In this document: positions 1 through 7,974 of the stretch, one piece after another
How the letters are laid out: each line of letters starts with the position of its first letter
Position numbering within the stretch: position 1 is the first letter of the stretch
Source of the DNA: Longivirga aurantiaca
GTDB taxonomy: Bacteria > Actinomycetota > Actinomycetes > S36-B12 > CAIYMF01
Length of the DNA stretch: 32,000 bases
NCBI RefSeq assembly: GCF_042660085.1
Contig: NZ_JBHSTI010000008.1
Span: forward strand, 1,080,001-1,112,000
Reading direction: 5' to 3'
Notes under the pieces: generated by a model
What the model was told of the DNA's origin: nothing
Database searches by the model: none
The model's input: the letters and a program-made list of their open reading frames with translations, nothing else
Position numbers and translations under genes: made by a program

Positions 1-31
1 GATCTGGTGCTACCTCGAGAGCCGCGGAGCT

Positions 32-280
32 GTGACCCTGACCGACCGCCGTCTTGCGTGTGACCTGTGCGGAGAGCCGGCCGCCTACGACGCCCCCGTT
101 CCGGCGCACGGCGGCCGCTGGGCCAACCTGTGCGGGACCTGCTGGTCCGATCACACCGACAACATCCTGGGCTACGGCCGGGGCCAGGTCGTCGCGACGC
201 GGGATGCCATGCCGATCGCCGTCGCCGAACGCTGGGCGGCGCTCGCTCGGTCACCGGGCCGACCGGGTGACGGAAGCTGA
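32..280 (+). CDS. small hypothetical protein, zinc-ribbon-like (82 aa)
   Basis: GTG-start ORF with strong G/C bias at third codon positions in this frame. Two CxxC pairs (CDLC ... CGTC). No family recognised. Confidence 0.5.
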   Translation: MTLTDRRLACDLCGEPAAYDAPVPAHGGRWANLCGTCWSDHTDNILGYGRGQVVATRDAMPIAVAERWAALARSPGRPGDGS

Positions 281-688
281 GGTTCGACGCGCATCAGGCT
301 CGGGGCCGTCTCTATCCTCGTAGCGCACGCGGCCCGAGGTGCACGCACGACATCGCTGACTGGGAGGCCGCCCCACCAGCCGTCCGGCCAGACGACGCCC
401 CGGTACCGGGCTACCCGCGTCTGCGACCCATGGCCTGCGTCCTCTGCCGCGGTGGGGGACGTGGCCACGGGCGGCTCGCCACGTGGCACTAACCTGGGCC
501 ATCTGCGCACGCCTAGAGGTTCTGGATCCCGGGACGCCGAGCTCTCGGCACAGGTCCCTGATGTCACCAAGGCGGGCCCGCTCGGCTTGCCACAGGCCCG
601 GCGGCGCTACTTTCCGCGGACTAAGGAACCAGGCCTTCATCCGCCATGTCCGGGTGAGTCCAGGGCGCTCCGCCCACCTTTGGGAGAC

Positions 689-1909
689 TCAGGCGCTCAG
701 CGTGCTGGCGCCGTCCGTGGGCAGGAGCTCTGCCGCCAGCAGCGACATCGACGTGAGTATGTCGTTGGGTGAGGCGGCGAGATCGATGTGCCGTACGTGC
801 AGTCGAGGTCCCTCATCGATGACCTGGTGGGTCCGAGCCTCGGGCGGCCCGAACGCATAGATGAGCCAGGCATCGTCCAGGCCGGTAGCGGTGGCGTAGG
901 CGTGCAGCTGATAGAGGTCCGGGTTGGCGCCCGGGCCAGTGTCACGCTTGTACTTGACGTCGCCGACGAACCGCCACGTGCCGTGGTGGTGCCATGACAG
1001 GTCCGGCTTGAGACGCACCCGTCCCTTCACATCCAAACGGAGTGGCGCACAGTGGTCGCCGTCGGGGAACTCCTCCGGGCTCAGGTGGGCCGCTTCGCGC
1101 AACGCCGCGCGAATGAAGTCTTCGAAGACAACGGTGAGATCGATGCGCAGCAAGTCCGTTGATGCGTTTCCGGCACCCAGCTCCGGGCTGGCTCCGCTGA
1201 GCAGGAGCCTGGCGAGCTCGACCGCCGGCCGGTAGTAGCCGTTGAGACGGGTCCAGGTGATGCTCGGGATCCGACTGCGGTGCGGCTGGAGCGGTGTGAC
1301 GTCAGGGAAGGAATCCGTGAGGCGACGCAACTCGCGGCGAGTGGCGGTGTCGCGCAGAGGGAGTCGCGCGAGCAGGAGCGCGGCGGAGAGCAGCAGCTGG
1401 TTCTCGGGAATGTCGTGGTCATGCTGGCAGTACTCGAGGGCAAGAGGTGCGCTTAGGCCAGGTCGGCGTTTGAGCTGCTCGGCGAGGTCGATGCGACCAC
1501 GGACGGTCGGCTGGGTATCGCGTACCTCGTGGTAGCCGGCCAGCAGACCGCGGCCAATGGTGCGGCGGATCGTGCGCAGATAGAGGGTGGCGACCGCGTC
1601 GACGACGTCGACGACGTCGACATGGTCGTCGATCGCCGCCTCGCCGTCCCGCCAGTGGTCAGGATCGGTGGCGTAGCCGAGCAGGAACAGGACGCGACTG
1701 ATCGGGATCTTCGGACGGATCACGATCGCAAGCCCATCGACGGTTCCGGCACCGATGATGTTGCCGGGGGTGACGTCGAACAGGTCGTTAGTCCCGGGGC
1801 TCGGCTGGACGGTGGCGGTGAACACGGTCCGCAGCAGGTCGCGCTGCGGGGGTGTGAGCCGCACGCCGGGGGTGGTGGACCACTCAGTCAGCTGGAGTCG
1901 GGTCGTCAT
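689..1909 (-). CDS. mcrC: McrC-like restriction endonuclease subunit (406 aa)
   Basis: ORF 689..2233 trimmed to the ATG at 1909 (MTTRLQLTEW...), which overlaps the stop of the upstream McrB-like gene by 26 nt. C-terminal PD-(D/E)xK-like motif (PDLSW...GDVKYK...DLYQLHAYA). Lies directly downstream of a McrB-type GTPase. Confidence 0.85.
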   Translation of the reverse strand: MTTRLQLTEWSTTPGVRLTPPQRDLLRTVFTATVQPSPGTNDLFDVTPGNIIGAGTVDGLAIVIRPKIPISRVLFLLGYATDPDHWRDGEAAIDDHVDVVDVVDAVATLYLRTIRRTIGRGLLAGYHEVRDTQPTVRGRIDLAEQLKRRPGLSAPLALEYCQHDHDIPENQLLLSAALLLARLPLRDTATRRELRRLTDSFPDVTPLQPHRSRIPSITWTRLNGYYRPAVELARLLLSGASPELGAGNASTDLLRIDLTVVFEDFIRAALREAAHLSPEEFPDGDHCAPLRLDVKGRVRLKPDLSWHHHGTWRFVGDVKYKRDTGPGANPDLYQLHAYATATGLDDAWLIYAFGPPEARTHQVIDEGPRLHVRHIDLAASPNDILTSMSLLAAELLPTDGASTLSA

Positions 1910-4283
1910 GCGCGATTCCGACCTCCCCTCGGAGAGCGTCGAGCTCGAATGCGCGGACCCGGTCGGGTTGGCCGTAGAAGTGGTCTTCGAGGGTGGGAAG
2001 GATCGCGGCGCTCCAGATCCGTGCGATCCAGGCTTCGTCGAGGTCGTCGCGAATGAAGAAGCTGGGTCCGATCGCGACTGCCGGGTCGTCCAATCGCTGG
2101 TTTGCCCGTGCCACGACGTCGCCGAGCCAGGCCAGGTCCGGGTGACGGTCGGCCAGGTAGCGGGGCAGGACCTCGGAGACGGGTTCGTCGGTGGCGTCGA
2201 AGTGGCGGAAGTAGAAGCGCCGTCGCAAGGCACTGTCGAGCAGAGCGATCGAGCGATCCGCGCTGTTCATAGTGCCGATCAGGAGGAGGTTGTGCGGGAG
2301 CCGGAACGGGGCCTCGGAGTAGAGCAGACGCATGGCTTCGTTGCGGTACTCGAGCAGGAAGTACAGCTCGCCGAACACGCGGGCGATGTTGCCGCGGTTG
2401 ATCTCGTCGACGATCAGGACGTAGTCGTGGGCGGGGTCAGCCGCCGCGCGTGCGGCCAGCTGGATGAGCGGACCCTGGACCAAGTGGAATCCGGCGGTGC
2501 CCTCCTGGGGGCGGAGGCCTTCGATGAAGTCCTCGTAGGCGTACGAGGGATGGAACTGCACCAGGGTGACGCGGTCGGGGCTTCCGGCAATCCAGGCCGC
2601 GAGCTTGCGGGCCACGAAGGTCTTTCCCGTCCCGGGCGGGCCGTAGAAGACGATCTGGCGCTTGTCGTGCAGCAGCTGCACGGTGTCGTCCAAGAAGGTC
2701 GGATCGAGGTAGAGCTCACCGGCCAGGTCCGAGAGTGTGCGTGGCTCGTCGTCGGCCAGCGGGTCATCGTGGACCTTCGGAGTGTCTACCGGCGTAGTGA
2801 CTGGGCCGACGATGGGACCGGTGCCCTTGCCGCTGCGCCATGCCTGCAGGGCCTCCACCTGCGCCGGGGTCCAGGCGGAGTCTGGCTCGACCTGGATCAG
2901 CGTCCACATCAATCCTTGCGCGTCGAGCCGGTCGCGGATCTGCCCTCGAAACCTCGCGTCGGAGGTGTCGACCAGCAGGTCGAGAAACTCCAGGAACCGG
3001 TCGTAGTGCTCTCCGTCGCTGGAGGTCGGCTGCGTCTTGGCGAAGTTGGTGAGCTGGTATGCCTTGTCGACCACACGGGAACGCCAGGTCGGGAACCGGG
3101 TGACGTCGATCGCGCCGAGTAGGAACGATGCGATGCTCAATCGTCCTCCCAACCCGTCAGCTGCCTCGGCGGGGACCAGTCGGCTGAATCGGTCGATCGA
3201 GGCGGACCCGGCGTCGTGCCACAGCGCCTGGAGAGCGGCCGCGGCGTCGTCGCTGTGTTCCTGGGCCCAGGACAGGAACGGGTCGAACGCGCGCCAGGAC
3301 ACCACGTTGGTGTCCTTGAACGCCTCGCGAAGCATCGTTACCCAGTCCCGGCCGTCGTCGACTGCGGCACGCAGGTCGGCCAGTAGGGCGGCGGTGTGCA
3401 GCTTGTAGTCGCGTTCTTCCTGGTCCAGGTCCACGCGGTCGAGGAACCATTCGCCCCAGTTCAGGAACAGCGTCCAGCCGCCGCTGGGCTGCAGCCACTG
3501 CCACCAGTAGGGGCTGCGGTAGAGGTTGGTGAACGCCTGCCCGTCCCAGGACTGGTTCGGCTCCAGGGCCGCACACATCGCAGCGAGCCGCAGCGCCTCG
3601 GGTCGATCGTGGGGGCCAGACAACTGCGGCCAATGAGCCAGGACGAGCTCACGGTGGTCCCTGCTCACCATCGCAGGGAACACGTCGGGGAACAGCAAGT
3701 GCTGCAGGCTGTTGCGCTGGATGTCCGCACCCTGCTCAGGCAGGGAGTCAAGTAGCGCGATGAAGGCTGCGGGGTCATCGAACAACCGTCCTCGCGCAGG
3801 CTGGTCGAGCCGCTTCACCGCGACGTAGAACTCGATGAGCAGGTTGAACTGCTTCCACCGGTAGGAGTTGAACGCCTGACCCGGTCTTACGAGTCCTGCA
3901 TCAAGGCGCCCAGCCAGGTCGTCGGGTATCGCGGACGTGCCGGGGCTGAAACTCAGTACTGTGTTGATGATCTGGCGCTTGCGCGACCCGCTGATCGAGT
4001 CAGACCACGCGACGAGCAGATGCACGTACAGCAACTCGGCAGCTAGCTGGACCTCGGTCGCTCCGGCGCCACCGATCTGGCCGCGAAGCTTGCTGAGGAA
4101 GTCGCCCGAGCCCAGGTCGGGGTTCTCAACGAAGTCCCGCACCAGCCCCTCGCCGTCCACGAGTCCCAGGCGCACCGAGGAGGAGAACAGCGAGCCGTCG
4201 CCGATCAGGCACTCGTCGCGCCACCGCAAGGCCGCGTCGTACACGAGTTGAGCAGAGGGGTACAGGATCCGCGTCGTTGCCAT
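1884..4283 (-). CDS. mcrB: McrB-like AAA+ GTPase restriction subunit with a long N-terminal extension (799 aa)
   Basis: Walker A FYGPPGTGKTF (nt ~2618-2645), Walker B LIVDEINRGN, McrB-type TMNSADRS and RRRF motifs in the C-terminal third. About 540 aa precede the ATPase core with no motif I recognise. Confidence 0.9.
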   Translation of the reverse strand: MATTRILYPSAQLVYDAALRWRDECLIGDGSLFSSSVRLGLVDGEGLVRDFVENPDLGSGDFLSKLRGQIGGAGATEVQLAAELLYVHLLVAWSDSISGSRKRQIINTVLSFSPGTSAIPDDLAGRLDAGLVRPGQAFNSYRWKQFNLLIEFYVAVKRLDQPARGRLFDDPAAFIALLDSLPEQGADIQRNSLQHLLFPDVFPAMVSRDHRELVLAHWPQLSGPHDRPEALRLAAMCAALEPNQSWDGQAFTNLYRSPYWWQWLQPSGGWTLFLNWGEWFLDRVDLDQEERDYKLHTAALLADLRAAVDDGRDWVTMLREAFKDTNVVSWRAFDPFLSWAQEHSDDAAAALQALWHDAGSASIDRFSRLVPAEAADGLGGRLSIASFLLGAIDVTRFPTWRSRVVDKAYQLTNFAKTQPTSSDGEHYDRFLEFLDLLVDTSDARFRGQIRDRLDAQGLMWTLIQVEPDSAWTPAQVEALQAWRSGKGTGPIVGPVTTPVDTPKVHDDPLADDEPRTLSDLAGELYLDPTFLDDTVQLLHDKRQIVFYGPPGTGKTFVARKLAAWIAGSPDRVTLVQFHPSYAYEDFIEGLRPQEGTAGFHLVQGPLIQLAARAAADPAHDYVLIVDEINRGNIARVFGELYFLLEYRNEAMRLLYSEAPFRLPHNLLLIGTMNSADRSIALLDSALRRRFYFRHFDATDEPVSEVLPRYLADRHPDLAWLGDVVARANQRLDDPAVAIGPSFFIRDDLDEAWIARIWSAAILPTLEDHFYGQPDRVRAFELDALRGEVGIAHDDPTPAD

Positions 4284-4534
4284 GGGTCCATCTGATCGGA
4301 AGGCACCGACAGCCTCAAGCGGATCGCACAGAAGTGATCAACTTCGCCGACAGCCCAGGCGCATTCGTCGCAAATGGCATCGCGCCTATGGTCGGGGTGC
4401 GTGTCGGGCAGCAACTCCGGGGCGACCTTCGACTCCCCATCGGAGCCCGATGTCGCAGGTGGAGGCCGGGTCACGCACCCGATCGCTTCCCCGCGAGGTT
4501 GACCGTGGTGGCGGATTCACGATCGTTCCTGCCG

Positions 4535-5467
4535 ATGCCGGCCGTGGCTAAGCTGCGCGATGTGCTTGCGCGGACATCGAGGGTCGAGGAGGAACTGGCC
4601 GCGCGGTTGGCGGCCTACGAAGCGCTCCGGGCCTCGCCCAACTATCCGAATCTCACCTCAGGTGAGGTCCGCGACTCCGGGGCGTACGGCGGCCAACAGG
4701 GGGTGTGGGTCGACAAGACGCGAACCTCGGCCCTCGTCGCCTCGGGAGTGGCGGTGGGATTGCGCCATACCGGGCGGCACTACGCCGACGACCTGGACGA
4801 GTCGGGCATCGTCTACCACTATCCCAAGACGCGACGAGCAGGTTCACGAGACAGCGGCGAGGTCGAGTCCATCAAGGCTGCCGAACGCCTGCGGCTCCCA
4901 GTGTTCGTCATCTCGGAGGAGGGTGCGGCACGACGAGTCCACCTTGGGTGGGTGGTAGACCACGATGACGCAGCGGGTATTGCACTGATTCTGTTCGGCG
5001 ACCGCGCCGTAGCTCCAATGCTGCGCCGCGATGACGAGGTCGATGTCTTCGTCCGCGGCGCTGAGCGCCGCAGACGCCAGGCCGTCGCCTCACGACTCGA
5101 GCGAGATCCGACTTTCGCGTTCAACACGATTCGCAAGTACGGGGGCAGCTGCGCGCTGACGGGGATCACTGTGCCCAGCATGTTGGAGGCGGCACACGTT
5201 ATCCCGGTCGCGCGCGGCGGGTCGGACCATGAGGGCAACGCGATCCTTCTCAACGCGGCGCTGCATCGAGCGTTCGACGCGTTCCTGTGGACTCTGCACC
5301 CGCGCACCCTGGACGTCGTGATTCGACCTCAGGGACCAGTTGCCGGCGCCATGCGGATCGAGCAGCTTAGTCTCAGCGGTCGTCCCGGACCCCATCGTGA
5401 TGCACTCGAATGGCGGATGGACCAGTTCCAGCGTCAGCTGGGCAGCGCGGCTACCGCAGCTCTGTAG
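4535..5467 (+). CDS. HNH_2-type endonuclease with an N-terminal putative modified-DNA reader domain (Type IV / McrA-like, 310 aa)
   Basis: ORF 4277..5467 trimmed to the ATG at 4535, because the longer form overlaps the divergent mcrB start. C-terminal CALTG...LEAAHVIPVARGGSDHEGNAILLNAALHRAFD is an HNH_2 motif. The N-terminal part (GVWVDK...LRHTGRHYADD...YHYPKTRR...LPVFVI) resembles reader domains fused to HNH in ScoMcrA-type enzymes, but that assignment is tentative. Confidence 0.8.
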   Translation: MPAVAKLRDVLARTSRVEEELAARLAAYEALRASPNYPNLTSGEVRDSGAYGGQQGVWVDKTRTSALVASGVAVGLRHTGRHYADDLDESGIVYHYPKTRRAGSRDSGEVESIKAAERLRLPVFVISEEGAARRVHLGWVVDHDDAAGIALILFGDRAVAPMLRRDDEVDVFVRGAERRRRQAVASRLERDPTFAFNTIRKYGGSCALTGITVPSMLEAAHVIPVARGGSDHEGNAILLNAALHRAFDAFLWTLHPRTLDVVIRPQGPVAGAMRIEQLSLSGRPGPHRDALEWRMDQFQRQLGSAATAAL

Positions 5468-5582
5468 CCGAGGCTCGCTGGGCGCTCCCGTCGACCGGCC
5501 TCGTGGGCGGCCATTGTCGGAGGTGAGGTGTAGCAAGAGCTCACCTACTGGACCCCGGGGGAGGCCGAACGTGGCAAGGACC

Positions 5583-6740
5583 ATGAAACCAGAGGCCGCG
5601 TTGGCGGCCTGCTACCCGGACGTCGCTGCGACATGGCACCCGGAGCGAAACGGCACCCGCACCCCCGCGGACACTTCGTCCAAGAACAGCTTCCGAGCCT
5701 GGTGGCGATGCCCCGCAGGGCACGAGTGGGAGGAGATCGTCGCCACACGCACCGGCCTTCCGGGCTGGAAGGGCGGGGAGAGGGCAGCGTGCCGGGTGTG
5801 CGTCGGCTATCACGTCATCGCGCCCTTCGATTGCGGCCATACGGCTGAGGTGCCGGCAGCGTTCGCGGAGCCACAGCGTGGCTGCCCCTCGTGTCGAAAG
5901 CGCCGGTGGCAGGAGGCGCAGGCGGAGTATCAGGCCCGCCGTGTCGCGAACTCGGCAACGGCCAAGAGGGCATACGCGGACTCCGGGGAGCGTGCTGCCG
6001 CCCTCCTCGACGACTGCCGGCCGCCAGATGACACGCCTGCGCCCCTGGTTGCCGAGTGGAGACGGGTGGCACTCCATGCTGTTCGCGTCGCGATCGTCAG
6101 CGAGGAGCAGTTCGGCAAGACCGGCGCTGTCGGGACTGCGCTAGCCGCCCAGCGCAGGCTGGCCGCCAACCTGGTCCCATCCGTGGAAGACCTGCGGACC
6201 GCTGTGGCGAGACGCGAGCCGACCCCGGTGCTCGGCCGCGCTCACTGGCCGATCGGGTGGCTGCACCACCTGGGAGCCCTCGAGCACGACACAACGCCAG
6301 CCCCGGACGTCCTCAACGACCTGGATTCGCATCTTCGGCAGGAGGTAGCAGCCTTGGAAGCACTGTTCGGCAAGCGACAGCTGCAGATGGGGGACGTCAC
6401 GGGGCTGCTGACCGAGCTGATCGCGGGTTGGGCCTACGACCAGGAGGGGAAGTGGCGTGACCGACGGTGGAACGTCTTCCGGGAGCTCAGCCTCCCGATA
6501 ACACCGGGCAAGAGCTCGCGATTCGGTCGACTCGATCTCACCATCATGCGACCGCAAGAGCCGGACATGGTGGTGGAGATCGACTCCACCCACAAGGAGG
6601 AGAGCCTCGAGAAGCTCGTGTTCGCCCGCGACGCCGGTGCCCTCGCCGTCTGGGTCCGCTGGCACGGCGGTCGCTTCGACGTTCCGCCAGGCATCCATGG
6701 GGTAGACCTCATCGCTGCCACCCGCCCCCTGACCAGCTAG
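5583..6740 (+). CDS. zinc-ribbon (DUF4379-like) protein with a C-terminal nuclease-like motif (385 aa)
   Basis: Trimmed to the ATG at 5583 (MKPEAAL...). TWHPERNG...FRAWWRCPAGHEWEEIVATRT is the typical treble-clef zinc-ribbon repeat. Further CxxC pairs (CRVC, CPSC). C-terminus RLDLTI...MVVEIDSTHKEE looks like a PD-(D/E)xK / DUF559-type core. Confidence 0.75.
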   Translation: MKPEAALAACYPDVAATWHPERNGTRTPADTSSKNSFRAWWRCPAGHEWEEIVATRTGLPGWKGGERAACRVCVGYHVIAPFDCGHTAEVPAAFAEPQRGCPSCRKRRWQEAQAEYQARRVANSATAKRAYADSGERAAALLDDCRPPDDTPAPLVAEWRRVALHAVRVAIVSEEQFGKTGAVGTALAAQRRLAANLVPSVEDLRTAVARREPTPVLGRAHWPIGWLHHLGALEHDTTPAPDVLNDLDSHLRQEVAALEALFGKRQLQMGDVTGLLTELIAGWAYDQEGKWRDRRWNVFRELSLPITPGKSSRFGRLDLTIMRPQEPDMVVEIDSTHKEESLEKLVFARDAGALAVWVRWHGGRFDVPPGIHGVDLIAATRPLTS

Positions 6741-6741
6741 G
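6722..6741 (+). repeat. direct repeat copy 1 (ccgccccctgaccagctagg)
   Basis: Covers the last codons plus the stop of the 5583..6740 CDS (..RPLTS*). Recurs at 7093..7110 with two single-nt gaps. Confidence 0.7.
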
Positions 6742-6799
6742 TCGTGAGAAGGCTGCCCACGGCCGAGATGGCGGCGTCGTCACGCTGGGGTGAGTACGG

Positions 6800-6812
6800 T
6801 TCTAAGGTTGTT
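6800..6812. repeat. inverted repeat, left arm (ttctaaggttgtt)
   Basis: Perfect 13-nt reverse complement of 7112..7124. Confidence 0.6.
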
Positions 6813-6854
6813 GGGTTACTGACAATGGACTGGCCAGAGCGCGAGGCTAGAGGC

Positions 6855-7055
6855 TCAGGTCGTTGCAGAGGGCTTCTCTCGCCCCAGTCGAAGATCCGCG
6901 ACCTTGTGCAACAAACGGCCATAGCCGTCCTTGGTGAGCTTGCGACCTTCCAGAGCCATGTTCCAGGCAATGTCGGCAGCCATGTCGATGTCCGTCTCAG
7001 CCCCGTCGCCTGGGGGCTTCGTCGGGTCATCACGCTGTGGTGAAGTGTCCGTCAT
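6855..7055 (-). CDS. small hypothetical protein (66 aa)
   Basis: ATG ORF in a lower-GC insert. The sequence looks protein-like (AADIAWNMALEGRKLTKDGYGRLLHKV). The purine-rich stretch upstream is about 13 nt from the ATG, which is far for an RBS. No family recognised. Confidence 0.3.
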   Translation of the reverse strand: MTDTSPQRDDPTKPPGDGAETDIDMAADIAWNMALEGRKLTKDGYGRLLHKVADLRLGREKPSATT

Positions 7056-7092
7056 CTTGTCCGCTGTGCCCTCCTCGCCGATCTCGCATCTA

Positions 7093-7110
7093 CCGCCCCT
7101 GACCAGTAGG
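7093..7110 (+). repeat. direct repeat copy 2 (ccgcccctgaccagtagg)
   Basis: 18 of 20 positions shared with 6722..6741. Weaker similarity extends about 12 nt further upstream. Confidence 0.7.
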
Positions 7111-7111
7111 G

Positions 7112-7124
7112 AACAACCTTAGAA
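7112..7124. repeat. inverted repeat, right arm (aacaaccttagaa)
   Basis: Perfect reverse complement of 6800..6812. Directly abuts direct repeat copy 2. Confidence 0.6.
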
Positions 7125-7356
7125 GCCGCACTCGCGCTGGTGAAACGCTGGGAACCGCGTCCTGGTTAGACTCATTGCGAGTCCAACTCGTCTCCGGAAG
7201 CCATTGCGCCACAAGGGGTTAGACGTCGGTGGAGTCATAGACATGAGCCATAGTGAGAGCCGGGTCGCGGCCGACCTCGGCGACGGTCACGTTCGCGTAG
7301 GACGGAGCCGATGTCATCGGCCACCACGGCCAGCCTCGGCTTGTAGCCTGACCATC

Positions 7357-7869
7357 ATGTGGGGCCTCGAGATGTCGCGAGACGATCGCGCGTTCAGTCA
7401 CATTGCGCACGAAGTGCACATGTGTGCCTACTCTGCCTTCCGCATGTTGAGCAGTGATGACGAGAACGATCGAGTTGCCTACCTTGAGTGCGAACTCTTG
7501 CACGCGCGAGCTCTCGAAGAGTTCCTCGTGGTGACGCGGCGCAGGCCGCGCGACGACGACATGCTTCGCACGCATTTCGCACCCGAGTGGACACCGTCGC
7601 CCGACGATGCCGTCAGCCGGCTTGGTGAAAGGCGGGAGACGATCAACAAGTACCTCGCCCACCTCACCTGGGCGAGAGTGGACGAACCGGATGCGCCGGC
7701 ATGGTCCTTCATAGAGATCGCAGACGACATCGTCGCAGTGGCAGCGGCATGGGTGGGTCACGTAACGAGGAGCGAAGGTAGGCTCCCAGACGACCCAGAT
7801 ATCAAAGCGCTCATCCTCGCCAACGCCGTGTCAGATGCGCAACGCTGGCTGGGGATGGCACCACGTTGA
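7357..7869 (+). CDS. hypothetical helical protein (170 aa)
   Basis: ORF 7204..7869 trimmed to the ATG at 7357 (MSRDD at 7372 is also possible). Codon and amino-acid composition are better than for the antisense ORF 7219..7761. No motif recognised. Confidence 0.55.
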   Translation: MWGLEMSRDDRAFSHIAHEVHMCAYSAFRMLSSDDENDRVAYLECELLHARALEEFLVVTRRRPRDDDMLRTHFAPEWTPSPDDAVSRLGERRETINKYLAHLTWARVDEPDAPAWSFIEIADDIVAVAAAWVGHVTRSEGRLPDDPDIKALILANAVSDAQRWLGMAPR

Positions 7870-7974
7870 TAGCGGGATGGACACGACGTTGCTGGAGTCT
7901 GGAGCCGACCACCATCGTGCGCTGCGTGCCACGCGACCGCTTGCGAGAGAACGGCTAGCTGGGAGCCGTACCTC

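Noticed and set aside
251-640. 129-aa minus-strand ORF with an HTH-looking stretch (DLCRELGVPG) in the 400-bp gap downstream of mcrC
   Set aside because: The rest of it is Arg-rich nonsense. There is no RBS and no family motif. At best it is a decayed fragment, which I cannot support.
1598-1621. 9-bp tandem repeat (gtcgacgac x ~2.7) inside mcrC
   Set aside because: It is in frame (encoding VDVVDVVD), has fewer than three units, and shows no sign of being a phase-variation tract.
689-2233. 5' extensions of track ORFs (689..2233, 4277.., 5340.., 7204.., 9503.., 18617..19696, 19202.., 20576.., 24423.., 26658..27251, 27382..29352)
   Set aside because: The extended parts overlap neighbouring genes or the structured element and are Pro/Arg/Ser-rich. 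Internal ATG/GTG codons with RBS-like purine tracts give proteins that begin where family similarity begins.
1755-3122. 455-aa ORF on the plus strand
   Set aside because: It lies entirely antisense to the motif-rich mcrB-like CDS. Its Val/Gly/Asp/Glu-rich mirror composition is typical of high-GC shadow ORFs.
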